42,474 bases of DNA, from IMG/VR virus record IMGVR_UViG_3300030943_000055, one strand, 5' to 3'. The position numbers and the translations under genes were made by a program. Below the pieces are notes generated by a model, which worked only from the letters and a program-made list of their open reading frames with translations, searched no databases and was not told the origin of the DNA. Within the stretch, counting starts at the first letter, position 1. Each line of letters begins with the position of its first letter. Shown here one piece after another: positions 1 through 9,668 of this stretch. Source of the DNA: a virus.

Positions 1-127
1 GTGCTGACGCACATGCAACTAATTCTCGACCTGCAACTCCTGTAAAAGTCACTAATGCCTGGATTGAAAATGAGTATGACTCAACAAACCCAGAACACCG
101 TGCGTTACTTGATGCTGCTCTCAAACG
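1..127. repeat. 127-nt terminal overlap identical to 42348-42474 (closure of a circular assembly)
   Basis: Direct comparison: gtgctgacgcacatgcaactaattctc...gatgctgctctcaaacg is present at both window ends, 127/127 identical. Confidence 0.95.
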
Positions 128-131
128 CTAA
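1..131 (+). CDS. 3' end of the scaffolding-protein gene (continues 41708..42474 across the junction)
   Basis: The frame opened at ATG 41708 runs off the window end. The same frame continues in nt 3-131 (...NPEHRALLDAALKR) to TAA at 129-131. Confidence 0.8.
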   Translation, partial: ADAHATNSRPATPVKVTNAWIENEYDSTNPEHRALLDAALKR

Positions 132-151
132 AAAAGAAAGAAATATTTTAA

Positions 152-1060
152 ATGCCTAACTATCTAACCCCTACCATCGGTACTGGTGGTGTGAGCGGTG
201 CTGGTGCTGAATCTCTTAACGTCCCTAAAATCTGGGCTAAAGAACTTCAGGACAACCGTGTTAACAACCTAGTCATGTGGGCACTGATTGATAGCACTTA
301 CTCAAGTGAAATCTCTCAGAAGGGTGATGTTCTTCACCTTAACTTCATGGCTGAAATTACCGACTCAACTGCAGCTAACACAGCTGTCTCTGGTCTAACT
401 GTTGATGGTCTTACGACTACTCAGGTTGACTTGCTGATTGACCGATACATTCGCAAAGTCCTTGGTGTACAGGACGTGCTTAAAGCACAAAGTACATACG
501 ACTACCGCTCACCTCATACGACTCGTCTTGGTCGATACCTTGACCGTGCTCTTGATGAGGAAGTAATGCGTAAAGCCATTGCTGGTGCAGGTTCAACTGT
601 CACTGCAACTGGTAATACTAACACTACTATTGCCTTTAAAGATGTCGTAAAAGCTGCTGCAGCTCTTGACCTCGCTAACGTTCCTGTTGACCAACGATTT
701 ATCGTTATTAACGGTGCTGGCTTGGGAGACCTTCGCCAAGTTGCTGAGTTTACACTCTACAACTCTGTCGGTGAAGCTGGTCTAGTTTCGACTAAGACTG
801 GTCTCGTAGGTTCAATCTACGGTATGCCTGTTTACATCTCTAACGCTGTTACTGAATCTGGTACAGCTGGTAGCAAGGTCTGGAACTTCCTTATGTTCCA
901 CAAGTCTGCTCTTGTCGGTGCAACGCAAAGCGTTCCATCATTCGAGGCTGACCGAGATAAAGTTAACGGTGTCGATTTCATCGCTGGTGCTGAACTCTTT
1001 GGAGTTAAAGTTGTCCGTGCTGACCACATTGTTAAGATTACACGCCCAAGCGGTAACTAA
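152..1060 (+). CDS. major capsid protein (302 aa)
   Basis: Lies directly after the scaffold gene in the order portal-scaffold-capsid. Size fits an HK97-fold coat protein. Followed by a strong terminator hairpin, as expected for the most highly expressed late gene. Confidence 0.75.
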   Translation: MPNYLTPTIGTGGVSGAGAESLNVPKIWAKELQDNRVNNLVMWALIDSTYSSEISQKGDVLHLNFMAEITDSTAANTAVSGLTVDGLTTTQVDLLIDRYIRKVLGVQDVLKAQSTYDYRSPHTTRLGRYLDRALDEEVMRKAIAGAGSTVTATGNTNTTIAFKDVVKAAAALDLANVPVDQRFIVINGAGLGDLRQVAEFTLYNSVGEAGLVSTKTGLVGSIYGMPVYISNAVTESGTAGSKVWNFLMFHKSALVGATQSVPSFEADRDKVNGVDFIAGAELFGVKVVRADHIVKITRPSGN

Positions 1061-1071
1061 TCAAACTAATG

Positions 1072-1104
1072 CCCTCCTCTCTACATGGGAGGGGGGTGTT
1101 TTTT
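1072..1104 (+). terminator. rho-independent terminator after the capsid gene
   Basis: CCCTCC (1072-1077) pairs with GGAGGG (1088-1093). A G-rich tail and T6 (1099-1104) follow. Confidence 0.7.
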
Positions 1105-1190
1105 ATGTATAATATATAAATACATAAGGAAAAATATGAATAAAGATATAATTCTTGAAGTTCAAGATATTGTAATAAATGGAGATACAA

Positions 1191-1556
1191 ATGGCTAAGT
1201 TCGCAGCTCAATCCGTATTAGATGCTCTATTAGATAAAGTCGCCACTGGAACTCGTGTAGATGTTTGTAATGCACAACCTACAACATACGCACAAGCCAC
1301 ATCTACCTACACACTAGCAAATGCTACCTTAACTGGTGGTGATTTCACTAAAGCTGCAGGTTCTCCAACTGGTCGCCAAGTAACTATCGCATCGAAAACT
1401 GGTGTAAGTGTCGCAACAAGCGGTACTGTAACACACCTAGCCGTCACTGATGGCACAAACTTACTGTATGTAACAACAGTAACAAGCCAGGTTCTAACAG
1501 CTGGCAACACTTTGACTATTCCTTCTTGGAAAGTCACTGTATCTGACCCAACTTAA
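1191..1556 (+). CDS. small virion-associated protein (possible decoration or head-tail protein); alternative start at 1179
   Basis: ORF 1179-1556. GGAGA at 1181-1185 favours the ATG at 1191. T/A/V-rich, beta-type composition, located between the capsid and fibre genes. Confidence 0.5.
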   Translation: MAKFAAQSVLDALLDKVATGTRVDVCNAQPTTYAQATSTYTLANATLTGGDFTKAAGSPTGRQVTIASKTGVSVATSGTVTHLAVTDGTNLLYVTTVTSQVLTAGNTLTIPSWKVTVSDPT

Positions 1557-1566
1557 GGAGAAATAA

Positions 1567-2487
1567 ATGGCTAATAAGAAAAACTTAGCAGTCGCAGAAT
1601 TGGCTGCAGACATCACAAACTCTGCAACTACTGCAACAGTGAAATCTGGTCAGGGTGCTAGGCTGCCTGCAACGCCATTCTTCGCAACCTTAACACCACT
1701 TGGTGTATTATCGACACCAGATAACTCTGAAATAATCAGTGTTACTGCAAGGTCTACAGATACATTAACTATCGCTCGTGCTCAAAAGGGTACTACGGCA
1801 TACGCATTCGTAACTAACTCAATTCTTGGTAACGGTATATACAAAGAAGACTTTGATAGCTACCAGTTACTAGACGCAGAACTTACTGCTATCGCTGGAC
1901 TTACTAGTGCGAATAACAAAGTTCCTTACTTTACTGGTTCAGGGACTGCAGCCATGCTCGATAGAGATACCGATACAACATTAGCTGCTAACTCAGATAC
2001 ATCAGTAGCGACACAAAAAGCTGTAAAAACCTATGTAGATAATAAAGCAACTGGTATAGTATCATTTCAGGCATACCCTAACACAACTCTCACTGGTGCT
2101 TCTCCAGGACCAACGTTTACAGAGATAAAGTTTAATACTAAATCTTATGATAATGGTACTTGCTACAGTACTTCTACTGGTAGATTTACACCAAATGTAG
2201 CTGGATGGTATACTTTTAGTGGAGCTGTTGGTCTAACAGGAGTTGGAGACCAAATAACGGCTCACCTTCGTATATGTAAGAATGGAGACCAGACAAATCT
2301 AGGTAACTCATTCTGGGGAAGGGCAAAACAATCTGGTGCTGGAGAAATACAAGTACTAGTTAATTGTGGATTCTACCTCAATGGTACTACTGACTATGTA
2401 TCATTATTTATATGGAACGGTACTGGAACTGTAGATATTACAGCAGTTCCTAACACATGGTTTGAGGGTCACTTAATAACAAGATAA
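1567..2487 (+). CDS. tail fibre protein with a C1q/TNF-like C-terminal receptor-binding domain
   Basis: RBS AAGGAG. Fibre-type motifs are present: LDAELTAIAGL..VPYFTGSGTA and SDTSVATQKAVKTYVD. The C-terminus (GRFTPNVAGWYTFSGAVG...) resembles a C1q-like jelly roll. Confidence 0.6.
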   Translation: MANKKNLAVAELAADITNSATTATVKSGQGARLPATPFFATLTPLGVLSTPDNSEIISVTARSTDTLTIARAQKGTTAYAFVTNSILGNGIYKEDFDSYQLLDAELTAIAGLTSANNKVPYFTGSGTAAMLDRDTDTTLAANSDTSVATQKAVKTYVDNKATGIVSFQAYPNTTLTGASPGPTFTEIKFNTKSYDNGTCYSTSTGRFTPNVAGWYTFSGAVGLTGVGDQITAHLRICKNGDQTNLGNSFWGRAKQSGAGEIQVLVNCGFYLNGTTDYVSLFIWNGTGTVDITAVPNTWFEGHLITR

Positions 2488-2501
2488 TACTGGAGAGATA
2501 A

Positions 2502-3605
2502 ATGGCAGATATTATAGCTATCGGCGGTAGTTTCGGTTCTGCCAACTCCTTCGGTGGTACTTACTACGGTGTTATCGAACAACAAGTACTTAAAAACTAT
2601 CTACTAGTTGTCGATAACGCACTTCATGGTCATACGGCTGACTCAGTTTCAGTAACTCAACAACATACTCTGGTAGTATCTGATGCGTTACATGCTCATA
2701 CAGTCAATAATGTTACTATAGTACAACAGCATACACTAGCTGTAGCTGATGCATTACATAGTTTAACATTCGATAATGTCAATGTTATCTACAACATCCC
2801 ACTGATTGTTGCGGATTCACTGCACGGACATACTACAGACAGCGTTACAATTACACAACAGCATACTATCGCAGTTGATAATGCACTTCACTATCATACT
2901 ATAGATAATGTGACAGTCGTTCAGCAACATTCACTTGTTGTAAACGATACAACACATGGATTAACATTTGATGGTAGCCTAGTTTTAAATCAGTTCTTAT
3001 TGATGAACAAACCAGATGACGCATATCATGGTACAAAATCAGACAACGTAGCGATATCTGCAAACCAGATTATTCTCGTTGACAATGCAAGTCACAGATT
3101 CCTTATTTATTCTCCTGGAATCATTAACTGGAGTGACCTTGATTTCTACTTTGGTGGATATATTCCTGGTTACGGAAACTATGGCAGTCTAACTGCTGCT
3201 CAACTTGCAGAATTGAGGGTACTTTACAGTAACTTGCTCATCCAAAACGGCTCTTTAGATGCTGTTGAGGTAGAACTAGGCATACATCGTGCTAAGTACG
3301 GAGAAACAGGGGAACTATTAGCGGCAAGTCTGCTAACTGGAATCCTAATACCCGATATTCATAACGATGGATTACTTGTTCCTGGAGATATATTTACTGG
3401 CAATATAACAGGTTCTATCACAGACGGTGGATTATTACTATCTAACCGACCTAATAGAATACTGATGTTCGAGGATGGCTTCTTATGGCTATCTGAAAAC
3501 GGATTAAACTTTATCATCGAAGAAGATGGTAATAAAGATAAAATAAATACGGTATCGAATAAAGGTATCTTTAAGCAAGGATTTATAGAATATGGACAGT
3601 TCTAA
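2502..3605 (+). CDS. fibre/spike protein with 22-aa HxH repeats
   Basis: Six to eight tandem units of the type VVDNALHGHTADSVSVTQQHTL. Located in the late fibre module. Confidence 0.6.
   Translation: MADIIAIGGSFGSANSFGGTYYGVIEQQVLKNYLLVVDNALHGHTADSVSVTQQHTLVVSDALHAHTVNNVTIVQQHTLAVADALHSLTFDNVNVIYNIPLIVADSLHGHTTDSVTITQQHTIAVDNALHYHTIDNVTVVQQHSLVVNDTTHGLTFDGSLVLNQFLLMNKPDDAYHGTKSDNVAISANQIILVDNASHRFLIYSPGIINWSDLDFYFGGYIPGYGNYGSLTAAQLAELRVLYSNLLIQNGSLDAVEVELGIHRAKYGETGELLAASLLTGILIPDIHNDGLLVPGDIFTGNITGSITDGGLLLSNRPNRILMFEDGFLWLSENGLNFIIEEDGNKDKINTVSNKGIFKQGFIEYGQF
2601..3100 (+). repeat. in-frame 66-nt (22-aa) tandem coding repeats inside 2502..3605
   Basis: Repeat units start at LLVVDNALHGHT, VVSDALHAHT, AVADALHSLT, IVADSLHGHT, AVDNALHYHT and VVNDTTHGLT. 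Later units are degenerate. Confidence 0.85.
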
Positions 3606-4311
3606 AAAGTTATCTGAGTACGATATACGAACAGTACTTTCTATGACAGACTTATTCCCGAGTCTAGTAGATAATGGAGATGGCACGTTTACAAACAAAC
3701 TTACTCCGCTATCTGCTATCCGAGCTTATTCTGCAGTACCTTCTGGCGGAACTACCGCACAGGTGTTGCAAAAGACCAATAACTCTGATTATGCTACAAG
3801 TTGGCATAGCTTAGTTAAAGCAGATGTAGGACTTGGAAACGCAGATAACACTTCAGATGTTAACAAACCTGTTAGCACTGCAGTCACGGATGCGATACAA
3901 GGCTTGTATCCAGTAGGTTCAATCTACATTAATGCTACTAACAGCACTAACCCTGGTACATTACTAGGTTTTGGTACTTGGACAGCATTTGGTGTTGGAC
4001 GTGTCCCAGTTGGTAAAAATACTAGTGGTACATTTGCTATTGCAGGTGCTACTGGTGGTGAAGAAACCCATGTGCTTACTACTACAGAGATACCGTCACA
4101 CAGACACTCTATTGCAGCGGAATACGGAGTTGGTCCTGGAAATCCATCGTTTAGCCCTGTTACTGGTAGTGTACTTTCCGTAGGTGGTAGAAACGCTGGT
4201 ACACAAGATAGAAGTGCTAACCCAGACGTTATCGGACTAACTGGTAGCGATGGTGCTCACAACAATTTACAGCCTTATGTAGTCGTATACATGTGGCAGA
4301 GAACAGCATAA
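3592..4311 (+). CDS. tail-fibre protein with a phage tail-collar domain
   Basis: The C-terminal half reads GSIYINATNSTNPGTLLGFGTWTAFGVGRVPVG...GGEETHVLTTTEIPSHRH...GAHNNLQPYVVVYMWQRTA. This is the classical tail-collar signature. Confidence 0.8.
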   Translation: MDSSKKLSEYDIRTVLSMTDLFPSLVDNGDGTFTNKLTPLSAIRAYSAVPSGGTTAQVLQKTNNSDYATSWHSLVKADVGLGNADNTSDVNKPVSTAVTDAIQGLYPVGSIYINATNSTNPGTLLGFGTWTAFGVGRVPVGKNTSGTFAIAGATGGEETHVLTTTEIPSHRHSIAAEYGVGPGNPSFSPVTGSVLSVGGRNAGTQDRSANPDVIGLTGSDGAHNNLQPYVVVYMWQRTA

Positions 4312-4326
4312 TAATAAAGGAAAAAT

Positions 4327-4962
4327 ATGGATTATAATCTTGCAGGACTCCGACAGCGTGTTAGGATTGACAAGCTGGATGATGAAGAGTTCGACTCTGG
4401 TGTTATCGACAATTTCATTAACGATACACAAAGAGACATTTTCAACGAGTATGAACTTCCCTTCCAAGAGAAGATATTCCAGGGTACAATTCCTGGCGGT
4501 TCTACTATGTTCCAATCCCCAACTGATTTGGCACAGCTACAGTCACAGACTATGGTTGATGTACCTGGATTTTCAAACTACAAAATGAAGTGGCGTGATT
4601 TCTTCCAGACTTATCCAGACAATGTAAACTCAACTCCTGGAGCACCAAGTTCTTGGACACTTTATGCGAATAACTTTATCTTTGATAAACCAACCGATAA
4701 AGATTATGTGTTTACAATGTTCTATATTAGAAAAGCTAAATTACTTGAAGGTGATACTGATGTACCTGAAGTGCCAGAAGACTTTGCTGAATTGCTAGTC
4801 CTTGGTGCATACATCCGTGTGCTTAAGCGTAACGAAGACTTTGACCAGGCTGCATTTGTACAGACTGACTATGATAGGTTACTTGACCTTCTTGTTGCTC
4901 GATATGGATTCCGTGAAGCAGATGGTGCAATTAAAATGAAGAATCAACAGATTAGGAGATAA
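4327..4962 (+). CDS. adaptor / tail tubular protein A-like (T7 gp11 position)
   Basis: A 211-aa ORF immediately precedes an 830-aa ORF, mirroring T7 gp11 (196 aa) and gp12 (794 aa). The call rests on synteny and size only. Confidence 0.4.
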   Translation: MDYNLAGLRQRVRIDKLDDEEFDSGVIDNFINDTQRDIFNEYELPFQEKIFQGTIPGGSTMFQSPTDLAQLQSQTMVDVPGFSNYKMKWRDFFQTYPDNVNSTPGAPSSWTLYANNFIFDKPTDKDYVFTMFYIRKAKLLEGDTDVPEVPEDFAELLVLGAYIRVLKRNEDFDQAAFVQTDYDRLLDLLVARYGFREADGAIKMKNQQIRR

Positions 4963-4964
4963 TA

Positions 4965-7457
4965 ATGCCAACATCTAGTTTAAACGGTTCTGCTAAAAGC
5001 ACAAAACCACCTAGTGGAACTAAAATACTAGGTGGGGCTACACTTGGGTTAGGTGGTCTTGACCTGACAACTCCAGTGGATATGCTCAAAGCAGGCAAAT
5101 CTCCTTTTGCAAAAAACTTCCGACTGTATGCACAACAGGCTGATAGCCGTAAAGTTGCAGTTAGTTCTCGCAAGGGTGCTGGTTTCCTTATGGAAGCAGT
5201 TGGACAAGTAAATGAATATCAACAGGTAGCAACTACTGGTGCATCTACACGAACTGCAGGAAAAATCATCAGTGCTCAAGGTGTACGATTCCAGGCTATT
5301 TCTGGTAATCACCTTACTCGTGTAGACTTAAACGTATCAGACCCTGCTAGTAACGTATCTGGTACATTGCTAGTTGAAGTATGGTCAGATAATTCTGGTA
5401 TCCCAGGCAAACGATTAGCAGCATCATCTATTGATTCTGGCTCTATCGGTGTTTCTGCAGCTTATATACCTGCAAGGTTTATGAACGCTGTAAAACTTAC
5501 AACATCTAGTTATTACTGGATTATTGTAAGAATGCAGGATGATGGTGTTGGTGCTTATACACTTTCTACCACGACTGCTTATACAAGTTATCTAACTAAC
5601 TCAACACTTAATTCCATGACCGTTCAAACGTCTGGTATTAATATTAAGATATATAGCACACCAGAGGCAACATTCAAGGGAACTCACAGGTTCTTGCGAG
5701 ACAACGGTACTAATACTACTATGATTGCTTATGGAACTGGTATGTACTACCTAGATGGTAGCAACGTACTACAGAATATTACTACTGGATTAAGTGCTAG
5801 TGCTACTGAATATAGGTTTGCTAATGCAGACAATAAAGTATTCTGGGTAAATGGTTACGATTTGATGACTGCATGGGATGGTACTTTTGAAGCAACCAAC
5901 TCTAACATAATTACTAATGGAACATTTGAGACAGATACTGTCGGATGGGCTACTGATGCAAGCATCAATGGTACAATCGCCAGGACTACTGCTGAACACA
6001 ATACTGGTGTAGCTGCATTAAGTATCACTAACTCATCTGGTTCTCGAGCTGCTAACTATGTTGTACCGATTCAACAAAACCATAGATACCGTATCAAAGT
6101 TTCCGTTAAGGTTACTACCGCAGGTACTGTAGGATTGTATGGAATCACTGCAACATCTGGTACATTTACTAACGGTGCTATTACTCAAATAGGTTCTAAC
6201 ATCTCAGCAACAACATCATGGCAAAATATCGACTTCTATTACACAGGAACTGCTCCATTCATTGGTCTGCAGATTCGTTCTGCAGCTGGTGTTGGTACTA
6301 TCTATGTAGATGATGTCTCGATTGTTGATACTGGTATATCATTCATACAGGATACGGAACTCCGTATTGCTAGTGATATTATATACAACAAAGACCGACT
6401 ATGGACTAAAGCTGCTAATGACCCTAATTTCCTCCAGTGGTGTGAAGCCCCAGGAAATCCAACAGCAAAGACAAACCCAGTTGATGGAACGCAAATTGCT
6501 ACTGCTGCTTCCGAGCAATGGTACAACTCATGGCGTTCTGTTGACTATAGGTATGTTCCACGACCACACAACGGTTCACCTGTTGTTAGGTTCATTGGAT
6601 TCCAAAACGCTATTACAGTATTTACCCAGGACAAGAAATATATTGTCGATGGTTATGATACTGGTAGTTACACGATGCGTGAATCTACAGGTTCTAAGGG
6701 AGCTATAGGTGTAAGAAGTGTAGCAGTTGATGAGAACTTCGTATGGTTCGTAGGTAGCGATGGCTTCTACAAATATGACGGTTCTAATGACGAGAAGATT
6801 AGTCTGCCAATCGCACAAATCTTTGATGCCTGTCCTCGTAAAGCTGATATTCGACCTGTCGCCTGGCAGAATCAAGTACGCTTCTACATGGCAAGTAGTG
6901 GTTCACCATATAATGATATTTGTATGATATATGACAAAGACCTTGGCGAATGGATGATGGATACAGAGGTGTTTGTCAGAGGAGCACTCTGGTTAAGCGA
7001 CCTCAATGATTCTCAAGACTTACTAGAATCAAGCTCTATAGTTCCACAACTATTCTATGCTGATAAACAATATAACAACCTTGGTGCTCCGATTGATTTT
7101 GAGTACAGGTTCACTTATGACAGCATGAAAACACCTGGTCAGAAGAAACGAATCAAACGATTTGTTCCTCTTCTGCAGGGAGTTGATACTACATTCCCTG
7201 TTACACTCGGAATGGATAAGGATTTCGAGGACAGTCCTAAAGAGAAAACTATTGTACTTACCACAAACGGTTCTGTACTTGGTAGTTTTGCACTTGGTGA
7301 CGGTACAATCCTTGGTGGTTCTAAGTCATTCAAACCTCAGCGACAGAGTTACTCTGGATACGCTTACTACTGGCAGTTCCGACTTAAGCGTTATGCAGCG
7401 AATAACCGCATAGCATTTGTTGGTGCTCAGTATACTTATAAAACTAAAAGACTTTAG
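4965..7457 (+). CDS. nozzle / tail tubular protein B-like with an inserted carbohydrate-binding-module-like domain
   Basis: 830 aa, at the gp12 position. Segment about 5904-6330 (NIITNGTFETDTVGWA...IYVDDVSIVD) reads like a CBM4/9-type sugar-binding jelly roll. Confidence 0.45.
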   Translation: MPTSSLNGSAKSTKPPSGTKILGGATLGLGGLDLTTPVDMLKAGKSPFAKNFRLYAQQADSRKVAVSSRKGAGFLMEAVGQVNEYQQVATTGASTRTAGKIISAQGVRFQAISGNHLTRVDLNVSDPASNVSGTLLVEVWSDNSGIPGKRLAASSIDSGSIGVSAAYIPARFMNAVKLTTSSYYWIIVRMQDDGVGAYTLSTTTAYTSYLTNSTLNSMTVQTSGINIKIYSTPEATFKGTHRFLRDNGTNTTMIAYGTGMYYLDGSNVLQNITTGLSASATEYRFANADNKVFWVNGYDLMTAWDGTFEATNSNIITNGTFETDTVGWATDASINGTIARTTAEHNTGVAALSITNSSGSRAANYVVPIQQNHRYRIKVSVKVTTAGTVGLYGITATSGTFTNGAITQIGSNISATTSWQNIDFYYTGTAPFIGLQIRSAAGVGTIYVDDVSIVDTGISFIQDTELRIASDIIYNKDRLWTKAANDPNFLQWCEAPGNPTAKTNPVDGTQIATAASEQWYNSWRSVDYRYVPRPHNGSPVVRFIGFQNAITVFTQDKKYIVDGYDTGSYTMRESTGSKGAIGVRSVAVDENFVWFVGSDGFYKYDGSNDEKISLPIAQIFDACPRKADIRPVAWQNQVRFYMASSGSPYNDICMIYDKDLGEWMMDTEVFVRGALWLSDLNDSQDLLESSSIVPQLFYADKQYNNLGAPIDFEYRFTYDSMKTPGQKKRIKRFVPLLQGVDTTFPVTLGMDKDFEDSPKEKTIVLTTNGSVLGSFALGDGTILGGSKSFKPQRQSYSGYAYYWQFRLKRYAANNRIAFVGAQYTYKTKRL

Positions 7458-7466
7458 GAGAAAATA

Positions 7467-7985
7467 ATGCCACTTTTAAGTTATGACCCTATGGCTGATG
7501 GAAACTCTGCTAGTGCAAACCTTTGGAATGTACGACTCAGCGTTATCCACGACCTATTGAACGGCAACCTTGATGCTGCCAACTTAGCAAATGGAGCTGT
7601 AACAACTCCTAAAATTGCTGATGGTGCTGTAACAAGTGCCAAACTTGGTTTTACCAAGTACACAGATGCCAATGGTTGGCTAATCACAGACCTTGGACTC
7701 GTTAAACTAGCTACGAAAGCACGAAGTTTCACTATACCATCAGTTGGTAATGGTGGGATTGGATTCGTTAGTATAGCTGACAATACTGCTCCAGTTGGAT
7801 TTAACCCTGCTGGTTCTTACAATGCAATGATTGCATGTAATATTACAAATGGTAACGCATACCGATGGAGTCTAGTATTCGAGCAAGGCTCTAAGTTTGC
7901 TCCTACTACACTACCTGTTTACAAGAACGTTGGTGGTGGTACATTTGAGGCAACTGGTACATTAGAGACCTGGGTAATATTCTAA
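7467..7985 (+). CDS. tail-fibre-like protein
   Basis: RBS AGGAG. The N-terminus carries LANGAVTTPKIADGAVTSAKL, a repeat typical of fibre N-termini. Confidence 0.45.
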   Translation: MPLLSYDPMADGNSASANLWNVRLSVIHDLLNGNLDAANLANGAVTTPKIADGAVTSAKLGFTKYTDANGWLITDLGLVKLATKARSFTIPSVGNGGIGFVSIADNTAPVGFNPAGSYNAMIACNITNGNAYRWSLVFEQGSKFAPTTLPVYKNVGGGTFEATGTLETWVIF

Positions 7986-7986
7986 T

Positions 7987-8889
7987 ATGACAGCTCCGCT
8001 TAAACTAACCACATCAATGCCACAAAACGTGATGATAGACGCAATCAATCAGAACTTCCGTCAGATTGAGGGAGAGTCTAGGCGGAAAGTGGTTACTGAT
8101 GAGAATGGTTATGACCGCATAATCATTGGTCGTCAGGAAGATGAAACTTACTCTATTAAGGTATCTGGTATCGGCGTTAATGTCGGTACTGCTACTGATG
8201 ACCAACTAGTTATGAACTCTGACTGGAACATGTGGAAGATTATTTCTTCTGGAAGCACATACTCTCCATTAATGTCTGGCACTATAAAGCGTGGTTCTTC
8301 AATCACAATTAATAGTTCAAATATTGGATATGTAGCAGACCAATGTATCCCACTGAGAAACTTAACAGTTCCTAATGCAAGTTTATTCTCATTTGCTAGT
8401 AAGCCACAAGTATTCGTGCGTGTAGCTGTTAATAAAAAGAATCTTGCTTTCACTACGAACTTCTATAATGACGGTACTAACCAAGTTGATGTACACTATA
8501 ACTATTTTATTAATGGCAAGTATCTTGTTATCAGAACTATACTTCGATGGGTAAAGGGTAGTATTACTATTATGCCTTCTACCGAAGCATTTGAAGATGG
8601 TTATTACTACTGGGAAATCGCTAACTCAACTCGTGCTACTCCTAGTGGCTCGGGTGGTGGTGGTTCTCCTACTGGCAGTTTTGTTTACTACGACTCTGTT
8701 ACAGTAAACCCATATACTAATGATTTGTCTGGTGTAAATCCCAGCTTCACTCGTACTACCGTATCTGCTGGAACTTACAGTTCTGTCTATAGTTACACCT
8801 ATCAGTTCATTGATGGTGCTTCATCGGCTAGATTCCCACATAGCAACTATACATTACCTGTTATACCAGCCGTAGATATAGACAATTAA
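7987..8889 (+). CDS. tail/receptor-binding associated structural protein
   Basis: Translationally coupled to the upstream gene (TAATATG). Motif IDAINQNFRQIE. Lies in the late structural module. Function not resolved. Confidence 0.4.
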   Translation: MTAPLKLTTSMPQNVMIDAINQNFRQIEGESRRKVVTDENGYDRIIIGRQEDETYSIKVSGIGVNVGTATDDQLVMNSDWNMWKIISSGSTYSPLMSGTIKRGSSITINSSNIGYVADQCIPLRNLTVPNASLFSFASKPQVFVRVAVNKKNLAFTTNFYNDGTNQVDVHYNYFINGKYLVIRTILRWVKGSITIMPSTEAFEDGYYYWEIANSTRATPSGSGGGGSPTGSFVYYDSVTVNPYTNDLSGVNPSFTRTTVSAGTYSSVYSYTYQFIDGASSARFPHSNYTLPVIPAVDIDN

Positions 8890-8893
8890 GGTA

Positions 8894-8922
8894 TTGACAA
8901 AATAATCAAAGTGTGATATAAT
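8894..8922 (+). promoter_or_regulatory. sigma70/sigmaA-type consensus promoter
   Basis: TTGACA (8894-8899), 17-nt spacer, TGaTATAAT (-10 at 8917-8922). Precedes the internal-protein genes. Confidence 0.7.
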
Positions 8923-8951
8923 ACACAAAGAATAACAAAAGAGGAAACCTA

Positions 8952-9659
8952 ATGGCTAATGCTCCAACAGTGCAAACGCTCGACCAGATTATGGCGAGTC
9001 TGCAACCTGGTTATCAAGCACAACAGGCTATCATCGGTCAGCAATCTGCTAACACTGATGCCACATACAAAGCCCAGAGCCTTGCACTGGACGCTGCTAA
9101 GACCCAGGGTTTTAATCAAATAAACGACCAAGCTACAGGTAAGGGTAATACTTTCTCTGGGCTACCAACTAACGAACAGGCTAATTACCTTTCTACTACT
9201 TACTTGCCTGGGGTACAACAAGCTCAAGCAAAGCAAAACTCTGATAAGCTAACACTAGCTGGTCAGGCTGCTGCACTTAATACTGATATGCGTACCAAAG
9301 CCCTTGATACTCAGAACAACCAAACACAGGCTGTTAATCAGTGGAACTTAAGCCAAGCACAAATTGATGCTCAGGCTCGTGAAGGTGCTGCAAATCGTGC
9401 CTCTCAAGCTGCTGCGACTAGCTCTGCTGCTGCTGAACAAGCAAAGAATGCAGAACTACTCAAGAGTCTTACTAATAATACTGGTACATTCCTTGAGAGT
9501 AAAAAGGGTTCAGATAATCACGTTGCTCCTGCTACATGGCAGAAAGCACGACAAGCATGGGTTGCTAGTGGTGGTAGTGTTGATACTTTCAACTCGACCT
9601 TCTCTGGATACGTCAACTCAGGATATAAAACTTACGCATCAGATTACGGTCTGTTTTAG
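8952..9659 (+). CDS. internal virion / ejection protein (Q/A/N-rich)
   Basis: 235 aa of low-complexity helical sequence. Position equivalent to the T7 gp13-15 core proteins. Confidence 0.4.
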   Translation: MANAPTVQTLDQIMASLQPGYQAQQAIIGQQSANTDATYKAQSLALDAAKTQGFNQINDQATGKGNTFSGLPTNEQANYLSTTYLPGVQQAQAKQNSDKLTLAGQAAALNTDMRTKALDTQNNQTQAVNQWNLSQAQIDAQAREGAANRASQAAATSSAAAEQAKNAELLKSLTNNTGTFLESKKGSDNHVAPATWQKARQAWVASGGSVDTFNSTFSGYVNSGYKTYASDYGLF

Positions 9660-9668
9660 GAGTAACTA

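Noticed and set aside
2601-3100. 66-nt periodic DNA repeats that could be mistaken for a CRISPR-like or satellite array
   Set aside because: The repeats are in frame inside a long ORF, are imperfect at the DNA level, have no spacer/repeat alternation, and encode a coherent 22-aa protein repeat.
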